A stretch of 64,000 nucleotides of DNA from Cenarchaeum sp. Its GTDB lineage: Archaea > Thermoproteota > Nitrososphaeria > Nitrososphaerales > Nitrosopumilaceae. A program made the translations under genes and the position numbers. Each line of letters starts with the position of its first letter. Position 1 is the first letter of the stretch. This document shows positions 39,715 through 50,078 of the stretch, in pieces. Location: NCBI GenBank assembly GCA_965212015.1, contig OZ243037.1, positions 256,001 through 320,000 on the forward strand, in the 5' to 3' direction. A model generated the notes under the pieces. That model searched no databases. It was not told the DNA's origin and was given only the letters and a program-made list of their open reading frames with translations.

Positions 39715-40190
39715 GGCGAATTATAAAGTCCGCAATGGCAGGCTCGGCTGCCATACTGGCATACCTCACAGTGGTGGTCCTCACCACCCCGGCACTAGAG
39801 CCGCCTGCGGCAATCACGGCTGCCCTTGCGCTAAACTCTGTCGTGATTTTTGGCATGGGGGCAGGAGTCGGGGTGCAGGTATACCTCTCCGGGAAGGCCA
39901 GGCGGCTCGGGTGCTCTGTTGCCTCCAGGCGCGGGGCACTCGGGGGAAATTCCGGCGGCGTTGCGGCCACCTCGTTTTTCTCGTTTTTTTCACTGGTGCC
40001 GCTTGGATGCTGCGGATGGTGGCTCTATGTGCTCTCGCTGCTGCCAAGCGTGCTTGGAGTTGGGGCGTCTGCAGTACTAATCCAATACAGCCAGCCGCTT
40101 GCATATGCGGGACTGGCAGTAATATTTGGCCTTAACGGGATTTCCGCATACAGGCTGTACGCAAACAAGACAGGCCCGGTGCACGCATAG
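39711..40190 (+). CDS. Membrane protein with intramembrane GCCG motif
   Basis: About four hydrophobic segments; ATGA overlap with the DUF3179 gene stop. Confidence 0.75.
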   Translation: MRRIIKSAMAGSAAILAYLTVVVLTTPALEPPAAITAALALNSVVIFGMGAGVGVQVYLSGKARRLGCSVASRRGALGGNSGGVAATSFFSFFSLVPLGCCGWWLYVLSLLPSVLGVGASAVLIQYSQPLAYAGLAVIFGLNGISAYRLYANKTGPVHA

Positions 40191-40227
40191 CGTGTAGGGT
40201 TTTATTATCATCCGGCATCTCCACTGC

Positions 40228-41412
40228 ATGATTCCCGAAATTGACGGACTAGTCGGCATGTCCGTGTACAGCACGCCCTTTGAGGGGATTGGTGGATCAA
40301 TCAAGAACACTCCGGAGGACTTTGCCGTCACCGAGGTCATAAACAAAAGGGCGCTTGAGCGGATCGGCCCGGAGCGCGGCTATGCCGTATATGTGCTCAA
40401 AAAAAACGGAATCGACACAAACCACGCCATACGGCAGATAGGGCGCAGGACGGGACTGCACCTAAAGCCGCTTGGCCTAAAGGATGCCATGGCCGTAACC
40501 GAACAGTACGTGTGCGCCACAGGCAGGGGCAGGAGCGTGGCCGAGTTTTCGGCAGACCGCTTTTCAATTAGGAGGCTCGGCTTTGTCCCAAGGCCGCTCT
40601 CAAAAAAGGACATGACGGCAAACCGGTTCTCAATCCGCGTCTCTGGCGCCCGGTCCCCTGTATCGGGCTTTGGGGAGTTTGGGCGCATTTTGAACTTTTT
40701 TGGATACCAGCGGTTCGGCTCGCACAGGCCGGTGTCCCACCTGATAGGAAGGGCGCTAGTCAGACAGGACTTTGAATCCGCAGTGGACTTGCTGCTGTGC
40801 TTTACGTCAAAGTACGACACAGACGCGCACAATGCGGCAAGAAAAGGGCTCGCAGAAAACAGCCATGCCGAATCCCTAAAGGTGATCCCGCCGGGAATGG
40901 ATCTAGAGCGGATCGTTCTGTCTGAGATGGCCCGGCACGGCGATTCCAGGCGCGCCTTTTGCGCGCTGCCCGTGGCGATGCGCCGGTTTTTTGTCCAGGC
41001 ATACCAGTCGTTTTTGTTCAATCTCACGCTTTGCGCCATGTGGGGTAAGGAGGACGTCTCTGCGCGCAAAGGCGACGTCTGCTATGCAGACGGGGTGCTG
41101 GGAAAATACTCTGGCAGTATGGGGCAGAGGCTGGCAGTGCCGCTTGTCGGATACTCTTACTACAAAAAGACAAGGTTCCACAGGTACATATCGGATATAA
41201 TGGAGTCCCAGCAGGTCAGGCCGGCGGATTTTTTCATAAAAGAGATGCAGGAGGCAAGCTCGGAGGGCGGATTTCGCGACGCCCTCATACGCTGCGGCGA
41301 CGTTGTGGCAGGCAAGAACACCATCGAGTTTACGCTCTCTCGCGGATCGTTTGCCACCGTGATAATGCGGGAGATAATAAAGCCACGGGAGCCCACATTG
41401 TGCGGGTTTTAG
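40228..41412 (+). CDS. truD: tRNA pseudouridine(13) synthase TruD
   Basis: PEDFAVTE, GLKD..AVTEQ, NFFGYQRFG, RGSFAT. Confidence 0.94.
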   Translation: MIPEIDGLVGMSVYSTPFEGIGGSIKNTPEDFAVTEVINKRALERIGPERGYAVYVLKKNGIDTNHAIRQIGRRTGLHLKPLGLKDAMAVTEQYVCATGRGRSVAEFSADRFSIRRLGFVPRPLSKKDMTANRFSIRVSGARSPVSGFGEFGRILNFFGYQRFGSHRPVSHLIGRALVRQDFESAVDLLLCFTSKYDTDAHNAARKGLAENSHAESLKVIPPGMDLERIVLSEMARHGDSRRAFCALPVAMRRFFVQAYQSFLFNLTLCAMWGKEDVSARKGDVCYADGVLGKYSGSMGQRLAVPLVGYSYYKKTRFHRYISDIMESQQVRPADFFIKEMQEASSEGGFRDALIRCGDVVAGKNTIEFTLSRGSFATVIMREIIKPREPTLCGF

Positions 41413-41630
41413 CCGCCTGGCTTCGCGCGCCGCCCCCTGGTTCGGGATACAATTCCCGCCACTGCGGCCATCGCACCTGCGCAGGCAATTGCCAGCCCGT
41501 AATGCGCCCAGTCGGGGTCTGAATACATGAATGAGGATTCGGGGCCCACTGCGGCGTTTGCCTGCAGGTAAAACAGCACGCCAAGCCCCACTGCTGCCAG
41601 CCCCGCTGCCGCCAGAATCCGGCCGTTCAC
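41409..41630 (-). CDS. Small two-helix membrane protein
   Basis: 73 aa, two hydrophobic segments around GPESSFMY..PDW. Confidence 0.7.
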   Translation of the reverse strand: MNGRILAAAGLAAVGLGVLFYLQANAAVGPESSFMYSDPDWAHYGLAIACAGAMAAVAGIVSRTRGRRAKPGG

Positions 41631-41729
41631 GCGTCTTTGGGCGCGCCGATATATAAAAAGATAAACAGAATTGATAACTTGAACAAATGATTTTTCATCC
41701 CCTCTTTAATTCGCCTTTTTTGATGCCGT

Positions 41730-42413
41730 ATGGTGTATAACTGGAACAAACCGTACGAGGCCGGATTCAGGCATTTCAATCTGGTAATGTTTGCAGCCGC
41801 CGCCTGTCTTGCCATAACCATATTTCTCGTCTTTCACCTACAGATAGACGAGATAAACCGGGAATCCTCAATCCTGCTCAACTTGCTGTTTGTGCCGTCC
41901 ATGGCCATAGGGTTCCTGTACGGGGTGAGAATAACCTCAAAGGCCGTGGTGCCATCTGAGACTCGCAATCCGGTAAAGCGGTCCGTGATAAAGATATTTT
42001 TGTTCTTTTTTGTAATAGGGGGGCTGTTTAGCTCTGTTAGCTTTGCGCTAAACGGGGGAAGCTCAGTTCCGGTTTCGGTCATTTGGGATCTGGGGATTGT
42101 AGAGTGGGTCACGCAGTACGTGGCCGCAAACGGGGGCGGGACGTTTCTTATAGTCTCCAGCATAGCGCTCATGGCTGCTGCCACGCGCCGCCTTGTGGAC
42201 ATTGGCGGGAATCTCAACAGGCTGTTTACGTTTCTTGGAACCTTTATCTTTTTTTCAATGCTTGTGCTTAGCTTTACCCAGAACAACCCGTCAGAATCGC
42301 AGGTGTACCTGTTTACCTTTTACCAGGCAGGAATCGTCGGCGGCGCGCTCTTTGAGATGAACAAGCTAACCAGGCAGCACAACGACTGGGAGGACTTTCA
42401 AAACGGGTACTAG
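41730..42413 (+). CDS. Multi-pass membrane protein
   Basis: 227 aa, about six hydrophobic segments. Confidence 0.8.
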   Translation: MVYNWNKPYEAGFRHFNLVMFAAAACLAITIFLVFHLQIDEINRESSILLNLLFVPSMAIGFLYGVRITSKAVVPSETRNPVKRSVIKIFLFFFVIGGLFSSVSFALNGGSSVPVSVIWDLGIVEWVTQYVAANGGGTFLIVSSIALMAAATRRLVDIGGNLNRLFTFLGTFIFFSMLVLSFTQNNPSESQVYLFTFYQAGIVGGALFEMNKLTRQHNDWEDFQNGY

Positions 42414-42766
42414 AACAGTCCCTGGTATTTCTGGCACAGCGCGCTTTCCGAATCCCTGTTCTCCCTGCATTCCTCAAATATGGCCGACTCGACCCACGTC
42501 CTGTACTTGTAGCACGACGGATCATCCAAGTCCCGCTCTGCCACGCACTGCTCGTACCTCAGGTGGATTTCATAGGACTGGCAGCTAATGTCGGCAAAGT
42601 CTGTCTCCTTGCACTCCTCAAAGTGCGCCAGCTTGCTTCTCTGGATATTGTCCGCATAAAGGACGTCATCGCCTATGGTGAGGCCAAGCAGGGCGATTGC
42701 GGTGAGTGATGCGGATACTACGATCATCGAGTATCCCACCTTTCTGTAGTTGTGGGGATTGTCCAT
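42410..42766 (-). CDS. Membrane-anchored protein with three Cys-pair repeats
   Basis: N-terminal TM helix followed by three E.C.x9-10.C..Y units. Confidence 0.75.
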   Translation of the reverse strand: MDNPHNYRKVGYSMIVVSASLTAIALLGLTIGDDVLYADNIQRSKLAHFEECKETDFADISCQSYEIHLRYEQCVAERDLDDPSCYKYRTWVESAIFEECRENRDSESALCQKYQGLF

Positions 42767-43158
42767 TTAACGGGGCTTGTTACGAGTTGGATTTATTCCT
42801 TTCATGCGGTGCGGGGCGATCAGTCGGGTTGGGCATGCGGCGACTGGTACGTCAGCGGTGCCCGGCCGGGCCGCAAGACCGCAGAAAAACCCGCCATAAC
42901 TCTGATCGATCACGGCTTTTGTGTGCAAATGCAGATCCCAAAGCGGCATCCGGCGTTTGGGCCGGCAGATTCCGGCATTATGTGCCTGCATGTGCGGGCC
43001 GCCGGCAGGCCGGAGAGGCTCTGCGATCTGGCAAAAATGATTTGGGGACATGAGCGGACAGCCGGGATGTATGTATGACCAAAGGCGGGTTGATTTTGGG
43101 ATGACGGCTGACTGTTAAATGTGGCAAGGCTAATTAACCAATTTCTGGCTACAAAAGC

Positions 43159-43386
43159 ATGCAAAAATACAAATTCATCATTGACTGCGCAAACAGTACT
43201 GCATGCAGGGAAATCAGAAAAGCGATGAGTTCTGAGGATTTTAAAAGGATACAAATGATAAAGGGCACACTACTTGGCGATCACAGTGCGGTAAAGGAAT
43301 TTGCATCACTCCGTGATGCAAAAAAAGAGGCATATCGCTTTTTTAAAGAACACAAAAGCAAGATCTATCAGGTAACCATAGAATAG
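43159..43386 (+). CDS. Small hypothetical protein
   Basis: 75-aa ATG ORF in a locally AT-rich patch, TTAATTAA about 25 nt upstream. Confidence 0.6.
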   Translation: MQKYKFIIDCANSTACREIRKAMSSEDFKRIQMIKGTLLGDHSAVKEFASLRDAKKEAYRFFKEHKSKIYQVTIE

Positions 43387-43397
43387 GTATCTGACAC

Positions 43398-43769
43398 ATG
43401 CATAGAAAACACGACCAAGCAGTGGAGATTATAATTGTCTCATTTAGCACCGTAAAAAACAGGAATAGTGTTGTGCGGTGCCTTGAAAGACAGTTTGGGA
43501 AAAACGGCCTATCGTTCACTCATCGCCTTAAAACCCAAAGTCATTCAGAAGAAATAATATTCAAATCACCGAACAACGATCAGTTCAACTGCAAGTTGAA
43601 AAAATACCGTGGTCAGAACATTTGCCAGTATAGGATCCGCCTCTTGTCTAAAAAACGTCATAGATTAGCCATGGATGTAAATGACATCATTGTAAAAATT
43701 ACTGACTCGACTAGATATCTGCGTCATGTGATTAGTTTATTTGGTGACCGTTTTTTTGACCCCATCTGA
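43398..43769 (+). CDS. Basic hypothetical protein
   Basis: 123-aa ATG ORF 11 bp after the previous gene, same AT-rich patch. Confidence 0.55.
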   Translation: MHRKHDQAVEIIIVSFSTVKNRNSVVRCLERQFGKNGLSFTHRLKTQSHSEEIIFKSPNNDQFNCKLKKYRGQNICQYRIRLLSKKRHRLAMDVNDIIVKITDSTRYLRHVISLFGDRFFDPI

Positions 43770-44192
43770 TTCGGATCAGGGTTGTCGAGTCAGATAACAC
43801 TGCTTTGTGAGCGCACAAGAAATCATCAAAGACGGTGTTGGGAAAATGCACGCGCCATCGGCTCGATGCCGGACTGGAACCGCTTGGGGCAGATAATCTG
43901 CAAAACACCGGGACAAAAAGGCGGGGCGCTAAAAGGCCTGCCGGGGACCCGGGCCAACACGCCTGATCAAGGGCTTTGTACTGCGGCCTGAAAGCTGCAT
44001 TACGGCAGCAGGGAGTGCCTGCCGGGGCGGCCACGGTGACTGGAACAGGCATATCATTCTGATCTAGGGTGTGGCCATGCGCGGGATTCATTCCCGTTTG
44101 TGACATACTGTTGTTTTTTCAATCCATTAAAAAAATCGGCGCCCGGGCCTGTGGGGCATCGGTTTTATAGCCGGTATTTTTCATCAGAGGTG

Positions 44193-45065
44193 ATGAGTTT
44201 TTTGGATCTATACATGAGCGGAAACCCAATGATTACCGGCTCAGGCAGGGACGCTGCGGCGACGGTCTTCGGCGTGCCCTTTGACTCTACGCATTCCTAC
44301 AAGCCGGGGACCCGGTTCGGGCCTGATGCCATACGGGACGCATTTAACAACATTGAGGTGTTTCATCCCGGACTGCAAGTCGATCTGGAATCGACAAACA
44401 TCGAGGATCTGGGAAACACGGTACACACAGTCGTGGCAGGCCAGATGCTCGACATGCTAAAAAAGATAACCTCCGAGCTGCTAGAAAAAGACAGGCAGAT
44501 TATAGTCCTCGGGGGAGAGCACCTCATCACGTACGGCACGTACACGAGCTTTCCTGAGGACACCGGATACGTGGTGTTTGATGCGCACTATGACCTGCGT
44601 GACGAGTATGCCGGCTCGAAGCTCAGCCATGCGGCATACCTGCGCAGGATAATAGAGGAGCGCGGCACGGACAGTATAGTGCACGTGGGGGCGCGCGCGT
44701 TTTCCAAAGAGGAGGCAGAGTTTCTGGCGGCAAACAAGATTGCGACCATAACTGACAGGGACATCAGGGACGGTGCCGGCGCCAGGCTGCTGCGCGATGC
44801 CGTGTCGGTGTTTGACAGAATGTATGCCAGCTATGACCTTGACGTGCTGGATCCGGCCTTTGCGCCGGGGGTGGGAAACCCAGAGGCCGCCGGAATAACG
44901 TCGCGCGAGCTCTTCGACATGATATACTCGCTTGCCGGCAAAAGGGTGCTCGGCGTGGACATTGTGGAGCTCAACCCCTCGCTTGACAACGGATCCACTG
45001 CGGCGCTTGCGGCAAAGATAATGTCAGTCATGATCGCCCTCAATACGGGCAATGACGCCTCGTAA
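44193..45065 (+). CDS. speB: Agmatinase
   Basis: GGEHLIT, DAHYD, DLDVLDPAFAPG, DIVELNP ureohydrolase motifs; start placed at MSFLDLY. Confidence 0.92.
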   Translation: MSFLDLYMSGNPMITGSGRDAAATVFGVPFDSTHSYKPGTRFGPDAIRDAFNNIEVFHPGLQVDLESTNIEDLGNTVHTVVAGQMLDMLKKITSELLEKDRQIIVLGGEHLITYGTYTSFPEDTGYVVFDAHYDLRDEYAGSKLSHAAYLRRIIEERGTDSIVHVGARAFSKEEAEFLAANKIATITDRDIRDGAGARLLRDAVSVFDRMYASYDLDVLDPAFAPGVGNPEAAGITSRELFDMIYSLAGKRVLGVDIVELNPSLDNGSTAALAAKIMSVMIALNTGNDAS

Positions 45066-45095
45066 TTTTTTATATGCGGAACGGTGTGTAATCAC

Positions 45096-45668
45096 ATGCT
45101 CAACAACCTCCGGGGCGTGCTTGGCCCGGCTCTCGAAAGGATAGGCGCGGTGTTTGCGGCGACCCGCCTGCCGCCTGATTTCTGGACCGGCACGGGGCTG
45201 GCACTGGCGTTTGTTGCGGCCCTCGCATACGGGTGGAACTTTGAGTACGCGGTGCTGGCAGGAGGCGTCCTGCTTTTGGCGTCGGGATTTTTTGACGTTA
45301 TAGACGGACAGGTGGCGCGCATTACGCAAAAGACCTCAAAGAACGGCGCGTTTTTGGACTCTGTGTTTGACAAGACTGCCGAAGTCGCGATATTTCTTGG
45401 AATCCTGATCGGCGGCCTTGCAGAGCCGTACCTGGTGTTCCTGGCAGTTACAATGTCGCTGCTAGTCAGCTATGCGCGGGCGCGGGCCGAATCGCTGGGA
45501 ATCGCGCTGCAGGGAATCGGAATAGGCGAGCGGGCAGAAAGAATACTGGTGATTGCCATAGTCGGCATGCTGGGCTTTATGGAGTGGGCAGTAATAATAG
45601 TGATAGTCATTGCCGCAGCAACGTTCGTTCAGCGAATCGTCGTGACCCTGAGGGGCGCAAAGCCCTAG
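45096..45668 (+). CDS. CDP-alcohol phosphatidyltransferase (archaetidylinositol phosphate synthase-like)
   Basis: D..DG..AR...G..LD...D motif; SYARARAES. Confidence 0.9.
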   Translation: MLNNLRGVLGPALERIGAVFAATRLPPDFWTGTGLALAFVAALAYGWNFEYAVLAGGVLLLASGFFDVIDGQVARITQKTSKNGAFLDSVFDKTAEVAIFLGILIGGLAEPYLVFLAVTMSLLVSYARARAESLGIALQGIGIGERAERILVIAIVGMLGFMEWAVIIVIVIAAATFVQRIVVTLRGAKP

Positions 45669-45952
45669 CGCAGCCTTCCGCGCTGCCGCCTTGATGACTC
45701 TGAGCGTATCTTTAGGATTCCAAAGTGAATCGCGCACGATATGCAGTACCATTTGAGGATCCTCGGCGACGCAATGTATGCCCCCTGGGCCCTAAGCTCC
45801 TTGGCAAGCGTGTGCTCCACCAGATTCAGCCTGGATGTGACCTTTTTTGCCTTGTCCTTTGGGACGGTCTGGCCGCAGTTGGTGCACTGTACCACGCCGG
45901 AGGATCCCTTGCCCCCCTTTTTCCTGCCCCTGCTGGCCCTTTTTAACGGCAT
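45665..45952 (-). CDS. rps26e: 30S ribosomal protein eS26
   Basis: CTNCGQTVPKDKAKK, YCISCAIH. Confidence 0.96.
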   Translation of the reverse strand: MPLKRASRGRKKGGKGSSGVVQCTNCGQTVPKDKAKKVTSRLNLVEHTLAKELRAQGAYIASPRILKWYCISCAIHFGILKIRSESSRRQRGRLR

Positions 45953-46087
45953 GAATACCGTGAAATTCCTTCGTATATTCGTGTTTGGTTGTATGGTGCG
46001 GGCAGGGATGGCAGAAACCGGCCCGGAATGCCTGCAAAATCACAGCAGGTTTTAATCCTAGTGCCGCATCAGGACTTTGGATAATCG

Positions 46088-46213
46088 TTGAGGGGATTGT
46101 GTCACAAATGCCTGGCTTCAAACACGGAGCTGATCGTGCGCAAGGGCAGGATAATGTGCAAGACGTGCTTTGAGCAGGAGATGGCGGGATCACCTGATGC
46201 CGGCTCGACATGA
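46088..46213 (+). CDS. Putative 41-aa zinc-finger microprotein, not in ORF track
   Basis: TTG start, MRGLCHKCLASNTELIVRKGRIMCKTCFEQEMAGSPDAGST; stop overlaps the next ATG (ATGA). Confidence 0.65.
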   Translation: MRGLCHKCLASNTELIVRKGRIMCKTCFEQEMAGSPDAGST

Positions 46214-47079
46214 AACTCGGAGTATACTCGCACTGCAGCATTGACACAATCAGGATAGGCCAGTCGTCGTACACGCAGGCAGGCGGCGCGGCGTGCTATT
46301 GCGGAATTACCGCAAGGCGCTTCAAGTTCGATGTGGACCTGTTTACGAGGTTTGGAGGCGACTTTGAGCAGGGGCACCTTGCAGACAGCGGCATCTGTCC
46401 CGTCAATGCCGCATCTGAGGCGCCGACTACGCGCTTTGAGCTCGAGATACGGGGTTCTGAGCGCGACATTTACCTGAAAAATGCGTGTGACGCCATTGCC
46501 TTTTCGCACTCTGATGCAGACGGCATACTAGTCAGCCCCCTGTTTGATGAGATAACGCCAGAGACGTACGGGCAGATCAAAGACGACGCAGGTTTCCTGT
46601 TCGTTGATCCGCAGGGCTTTGTTCGCAGAACGGACAATGACGGACGGGTGTTCCTGGAGGGGACCGACGTCGACCTCTCAGGAGTATCGGCAGTAAAGGC
46701 AAGCGCAGAGGAGGCCCGCTGTCTGGTGGGATGTGCGGGTCCTGAGGCAATGGGGCTCTTGGCAAAAAAGGGCGCAAAGCACGTGCTATACACGGAGGGC
46801 CGGGAGATATCCATGCTGGACGATGACAGGGTATATTCGCTGACCCTGCCTGACAGGGAGGTGCGCGACACCACCGGAATCGGGGATATTTTCTCGTCTG
46901 CCTTTGCGTGCGTAATGCTCAAGGAGCGCGATTCGCTGTGGGCCTTTTGTTTTGCGGGGGGCGCAGCCCAGGCCGCACTGGAATCAAAAAAGGTGGGGCT
47001 GGAAAAGATTCCGCCAAGGGGGGCAGTCGAGTCAAATGCGTCGTACTATTACAATACCGTAAAGTTTGCACACGTATGA
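46210..47079 (+). CDS. PfkB/ribokinase family kinase
   Basis: GGAACY, DPQG, DTTGIGDIF motifs. Confidence 0.9.
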   Translation: MKLGVYSHCSIDTIRIGQSSYTQAGGAACYCGITARRFKFDVDLFTRFGGDFEQGHLADSGICPVNAASEAPTTRFELEIRGSERDIYLKNACDAIAFSHSDADGILVSPLFDEITPETYGQIKDDAGFLFVDPQGFVRRTDNDGRVFLEGTDVDLSGVSAVKASAEEARCLVGCAGPEAMGLLAKKGAKHVLYTEGREISMLDDDRVYSLTLPDREVRDTTGIGDIFSSAFACVMLKERDSLWAFCFAGGAAQAALESKKVGLEKIPPRGAVESNASYYYNTVKFAHV

Positions 47080-47163
47080 TCGGGTGTCCCACATCGGGCA
47101 TATGGAATCCCGCCGCGGCGCCGGGCTTTTAGACTTTTATACAAACGGCATTCATTTTTTATC

Positions 47164-48165
47164 ATGCATATTGGAATGTACGAAAAGGGCGCAGATGACG
47201 CGCCGCTCAGGGGCGTCAAAAAGACGCTGTACGAGGCCGGCATCCGGGCCGTGTTGCTGGGCCAAAAGCCAAAGCCCAGGGATCTTGATTTTGTCATTGT
47301 GTTTGGCGGCGACAAGGGGGTGAGGAACTATTTCCACAAGGTAAGGGACTCGACAATACCGGTGCTGGGCCTGAGCGAGGCCGAGTCCAGCGGGTTTTTG
47401 GCGCAGATTGACTCTAAAGAGTTTCCGGCGTATCTTGGGCGGCTGAAAAAACGCGACTATTCCGTAGAGGAGGTCCCGATGCTCGGCGTAAAGATTGACG
47501 GCAAGAGCGCATATCCCGTGCTAAACGATGTTGCCGTATTTCCCTCCAAAAGCGCCATGCTAATGGAGTACACCCTGACGGTGGGCGGCGAGGAGGTCTG
47601 GCACGACAACAGCGACGGGATTATAGTCTCAACACCGATTGGATCCTCGGCGTACTCAATGTCGGCAGGCGGGCCGGTGATATTCCAGGAATCCCGGGTC
47701 TTTGGGATTGTGTCTGTCAACTCGCTGGACGTCACGAGGCGGCCGCTTGTAGTCTCTAGCGACAGTACAGTCAAGATAGGCGAGATCTCGTCCCGGCTCC
47801 ACTGCGAGGTGGTGCTAGACGGCATTGACAGGTACAGCGTAAAGGAATCCGTAGAGTGCGCCAGGTTCGCCTCGTCTGCAAAGATAGTCAGGATGAAAAA
47901 GGACTCTACTGCAATCTCTGCGCTTGCAAAAAAGGTGCATCTTGCAGAAGAGCTGCTCCGCATGCCCCCGAGCTCAAAGCTTCTGCTCAAGACGCTAGAA
48001 TACGAGGGGCAGATGACCCAAAAGGAGATTGTAAACAAGACGCTTCTTCCCGACAGGACGGTGCGCCTTGCGCTAAGCCACCTGCTTGAAAAGGGGTATG
48101 TAAAGCGCAAGATATCCGTCCGCGACGCCAGGCAGAAAATCTACGAGATGACAAAGCCCGGCTAG
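47164..48165 (+). CDS. NAD kinase family protein with C-terminal winged HTH
   Basis: GGDKG, LNDV, DGIIVSTPIGSSAYSMSAGGP; C-terminal TQKEI...RTVRLALSHLLEKGYV. Confidence 0.88.
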   Translation: MHIGMYEKGADDAPLRGVKKTLYEAGIRAVLLGQKPKPRDLDFVIVFGGDKGVRNYFHKVRDSTIPVLGLSEAESSGFLAQIDSKEFPAYLGRLKKRDYSVEEVPMLGVKIDGKSAYPVLNDVAVFPSKSAMLMEYTLTVGGEEVWHDNSDGIIVSTPIGSSAYSMSAGGPVIFQESRVFGIVSVNSLDVTRRPLVVSSDSTVKIGEISSRLHCEVVLDGIDRYSVKESVECARFASSAKIVRMKKDSTAISALAKKVHLAEELLRMPPSSKLLLKTLEYEGQMTQKEIVNKTLLPDRTVRLALSHLLEKGYVKRKISVRDARQKIYEMTKPG

Positions 48166-49757
48166 CCGGCAGACGCCCTGACAAACGCCCCAAACACCCG
48201 CTCCGGAAATCCCGGCCGGCTGTCAAACTCTGGATGGTACTGCACCCCAACAAAGAACCTGTGTGCGGGAATCTCTAGTATCTCCATCCTTTTTCCGCCG
48301 TCGCTCTCGCCTGTAAATATCATGCCGCCCTCTTTGAAGCGGTCCTGGTATTTCTTGTTAAACTCGTACCGGTGCCGGTGTCTCTTGGAGATTGTGCCGG
48401 CGCCGTATATCTCTGATGCCGCAGAATCTGCCGCAAGGCTGATCTCGTTTGCGCCAAGCCGCAGCGAGCCGCCCATGTCTGCGACTGACTTTTGCTCCGG
48501 CAGCAGGTCTATGAGCGGGTTTTTGGTATCCGGGTCGATCTCTGTCGAATTGCAGTCCATCCCAAGCACGCCCCTGCCAAAGGCCACCACTGCCAGCTGA
48601 AAGCCAAAGCAGATTCCAAGGTACGGAATGTCGTTCTTTATTGCGTGGTTGGCCGTCTTGATTATGCCTTCCGAGCCGCGCGTCCCAAACCCGCCGGGAA
48701 CCAGGATTCCGCCGTACTTTGAGAGCGTGTTATAGTCCGTTATGGACTCTGAGTCAATCCAGTCAATGTCGACTGACCTGCCAATAGTCGCCCCCGCGTG
48801 CCTTAGGGCGTGATTCACACTCACGTAACTGTCCGCCAGCGTGACGTATTTTCCGACCATCGCAATGCGAATCTTTTGATCCCCGTGATCCAGCATGGAA
48901 TCGACTATTCTGTTCCATTTGTCCCAGCTGGCAGACACGTTGACCAGGCCCACCTTGCCGAATTTTTTAAAGATAGAGTCCACAATCTGCTGGTCGTAGA
49001 GGATTTGCGGGATTTGTAGTATGGATTTTGCGTCGTGGCACGACAATACGTCGTTTTGTCCGACGTTGGTAAACAGCGCGATTTTTTTCTTTGTCCTTTC
49101 CTGGAGCGGGGAGGTGCACCGTACTGCCAGATAGTCCGGCTGGATGCCGATTCTTCGCAGCTCCTGCACGCTGTGCTGCGTGGGCTTTGTCTTTTGCTCC
49201 CCCACCACGTCCAGCGACGGTGCAAGCGTCACGTGCACGAAAATCGCGCTCTGCGGGCCGTCCTCGACGCGTATCTGTCTTAGCGCCTCCAAAAACGGCA
49301 GGCTCTCAATGTCGCCCACGGTGCCGCCGCACTCTACTATAAGAACGTCAAGATCCTCGTCCCCGGATATCCTTCTGATCCTGTTTTTGATCTCGTCTGT
49401 GACGTGCGGGATGATCTGCACGCACGCCCCGAGGTATTCCCCCCTTCTTTCTGACTCGATTACCGAGGAATAGACCTGCGCGGTGGTAATGTTGTGGCTT
49501 TTTGGAATGCACTGGTTGAGAAACCGCTCATAGTTTCCAATGTCCATGTCGCACTCTCCCCCGTCCCGGGTCACAAACACCTCGCCGTGAGCTATCGGGT
49601 TCATGGTGCCGGCATCATAGTTCAGGTAGGGGTCTATCTTTATGCAGGAGACTTTTTGGTTGGATAACTGGAGCAGTTTTGCAATGGAGGATGTGACTAT
49701 TCCCTTGCCCAGGCCGGACATTACCCCGCCTGTCACAAAGATGTAATTCGTCCGCAC
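48162..49757 (-). CDS. pyrG: CTP synthase
   Basis: [23 protein letters not shown]. Confidence 0.97.
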   Translation of the reverse strand: MRTNYIFVTGGVMSGLGKGIVTSSIAKLLQLSNQKVSCIKIDPYLNYDAGTMNPIAHGEVFVTRDGGECDMDIGNYERFLNQCIPKSHNITTAQVYSSVIESERRGEYLGACVQIIPHVTDEIKNRIRRISGDEDLDVLIVECGGTVGDIESLPFLEALRQIRVEDGPQSAIFVHVTLAPSLDVVGEQKTKPTQHSVQELRRIGIQPDYLAVRCTSPLQERTKKKIALFTNVGQNDVLSCHDAKSILQIPQILYDQQIVDSIFKKFGKVGLVNVSASWDKWNRIVDSMLDHGDQKIRIAMVGKYVTLADSYVSVNHALRHAGATIGRSVDIDWIDSESITDYNTLSKYGGILVPGGFGTRGSEGIIKTANHAIKNDIPYLGICFGFQLAVVAFGRGVLGMDCNSTEIDPDTKNPLIDLLPEQKSVADMGGSLRLGANEISLAADSAASEIYGAGTISKRHRHRYEFNKKYQDRFKEGGMIFTGESDGGKRMEILEIPAHRFFVGVQYHPEFDSRPGFPERVFGAFVRASAG

Positions 49758-49946
49758 ATACGGGTAAAGACAGTCTCATTTTTATTCCTTTATCTTGCGA
49801 TTCGGGGCGTCCGGACTGCCTGCCCTTTTATGATCGCCTCGTGTCGGCCCCGGATTGCGGGTTTTACCGCCGTGTTTTCTTGCCATGGAATGGGCTTTGC
49901 CGCCATCCCGCTATCCGGGCCCCTGCCATGCGCCTGTCCACAAAGT

Positions 49947-50034
49947 CGGCAATTCTGGGGGTTCAAAGTGGGAAAAACCATCCAAAAATCCGCTGTGTAG
50001 GGTGTCAGAAAGTGAAATTAACGGACAATGCCTC
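49947..50034 (+). repeat. 88-bp direct repeat, copy 1
   Basis: cggcaatt..caaagtgggaaaaa.catccaaaaatc.gctgtgtag.gtgtcagaaagtgaaatta...gacaatgcctc; matches 53578-53664 with few differences. Confidence 0.93.
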
Positions 50035-50078
50035 TTGCCACGATCCGCTTATTTATCATGATTTTCCATCATATACTA

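Noticed and set aside
42770-43150. SRP or RNase P RNA in the GC-rich intergenic DNA
   Set aside because: Neither the SRP helix-8 motif nor the RNase P GAGGAAAGUCC motif was found by eye.
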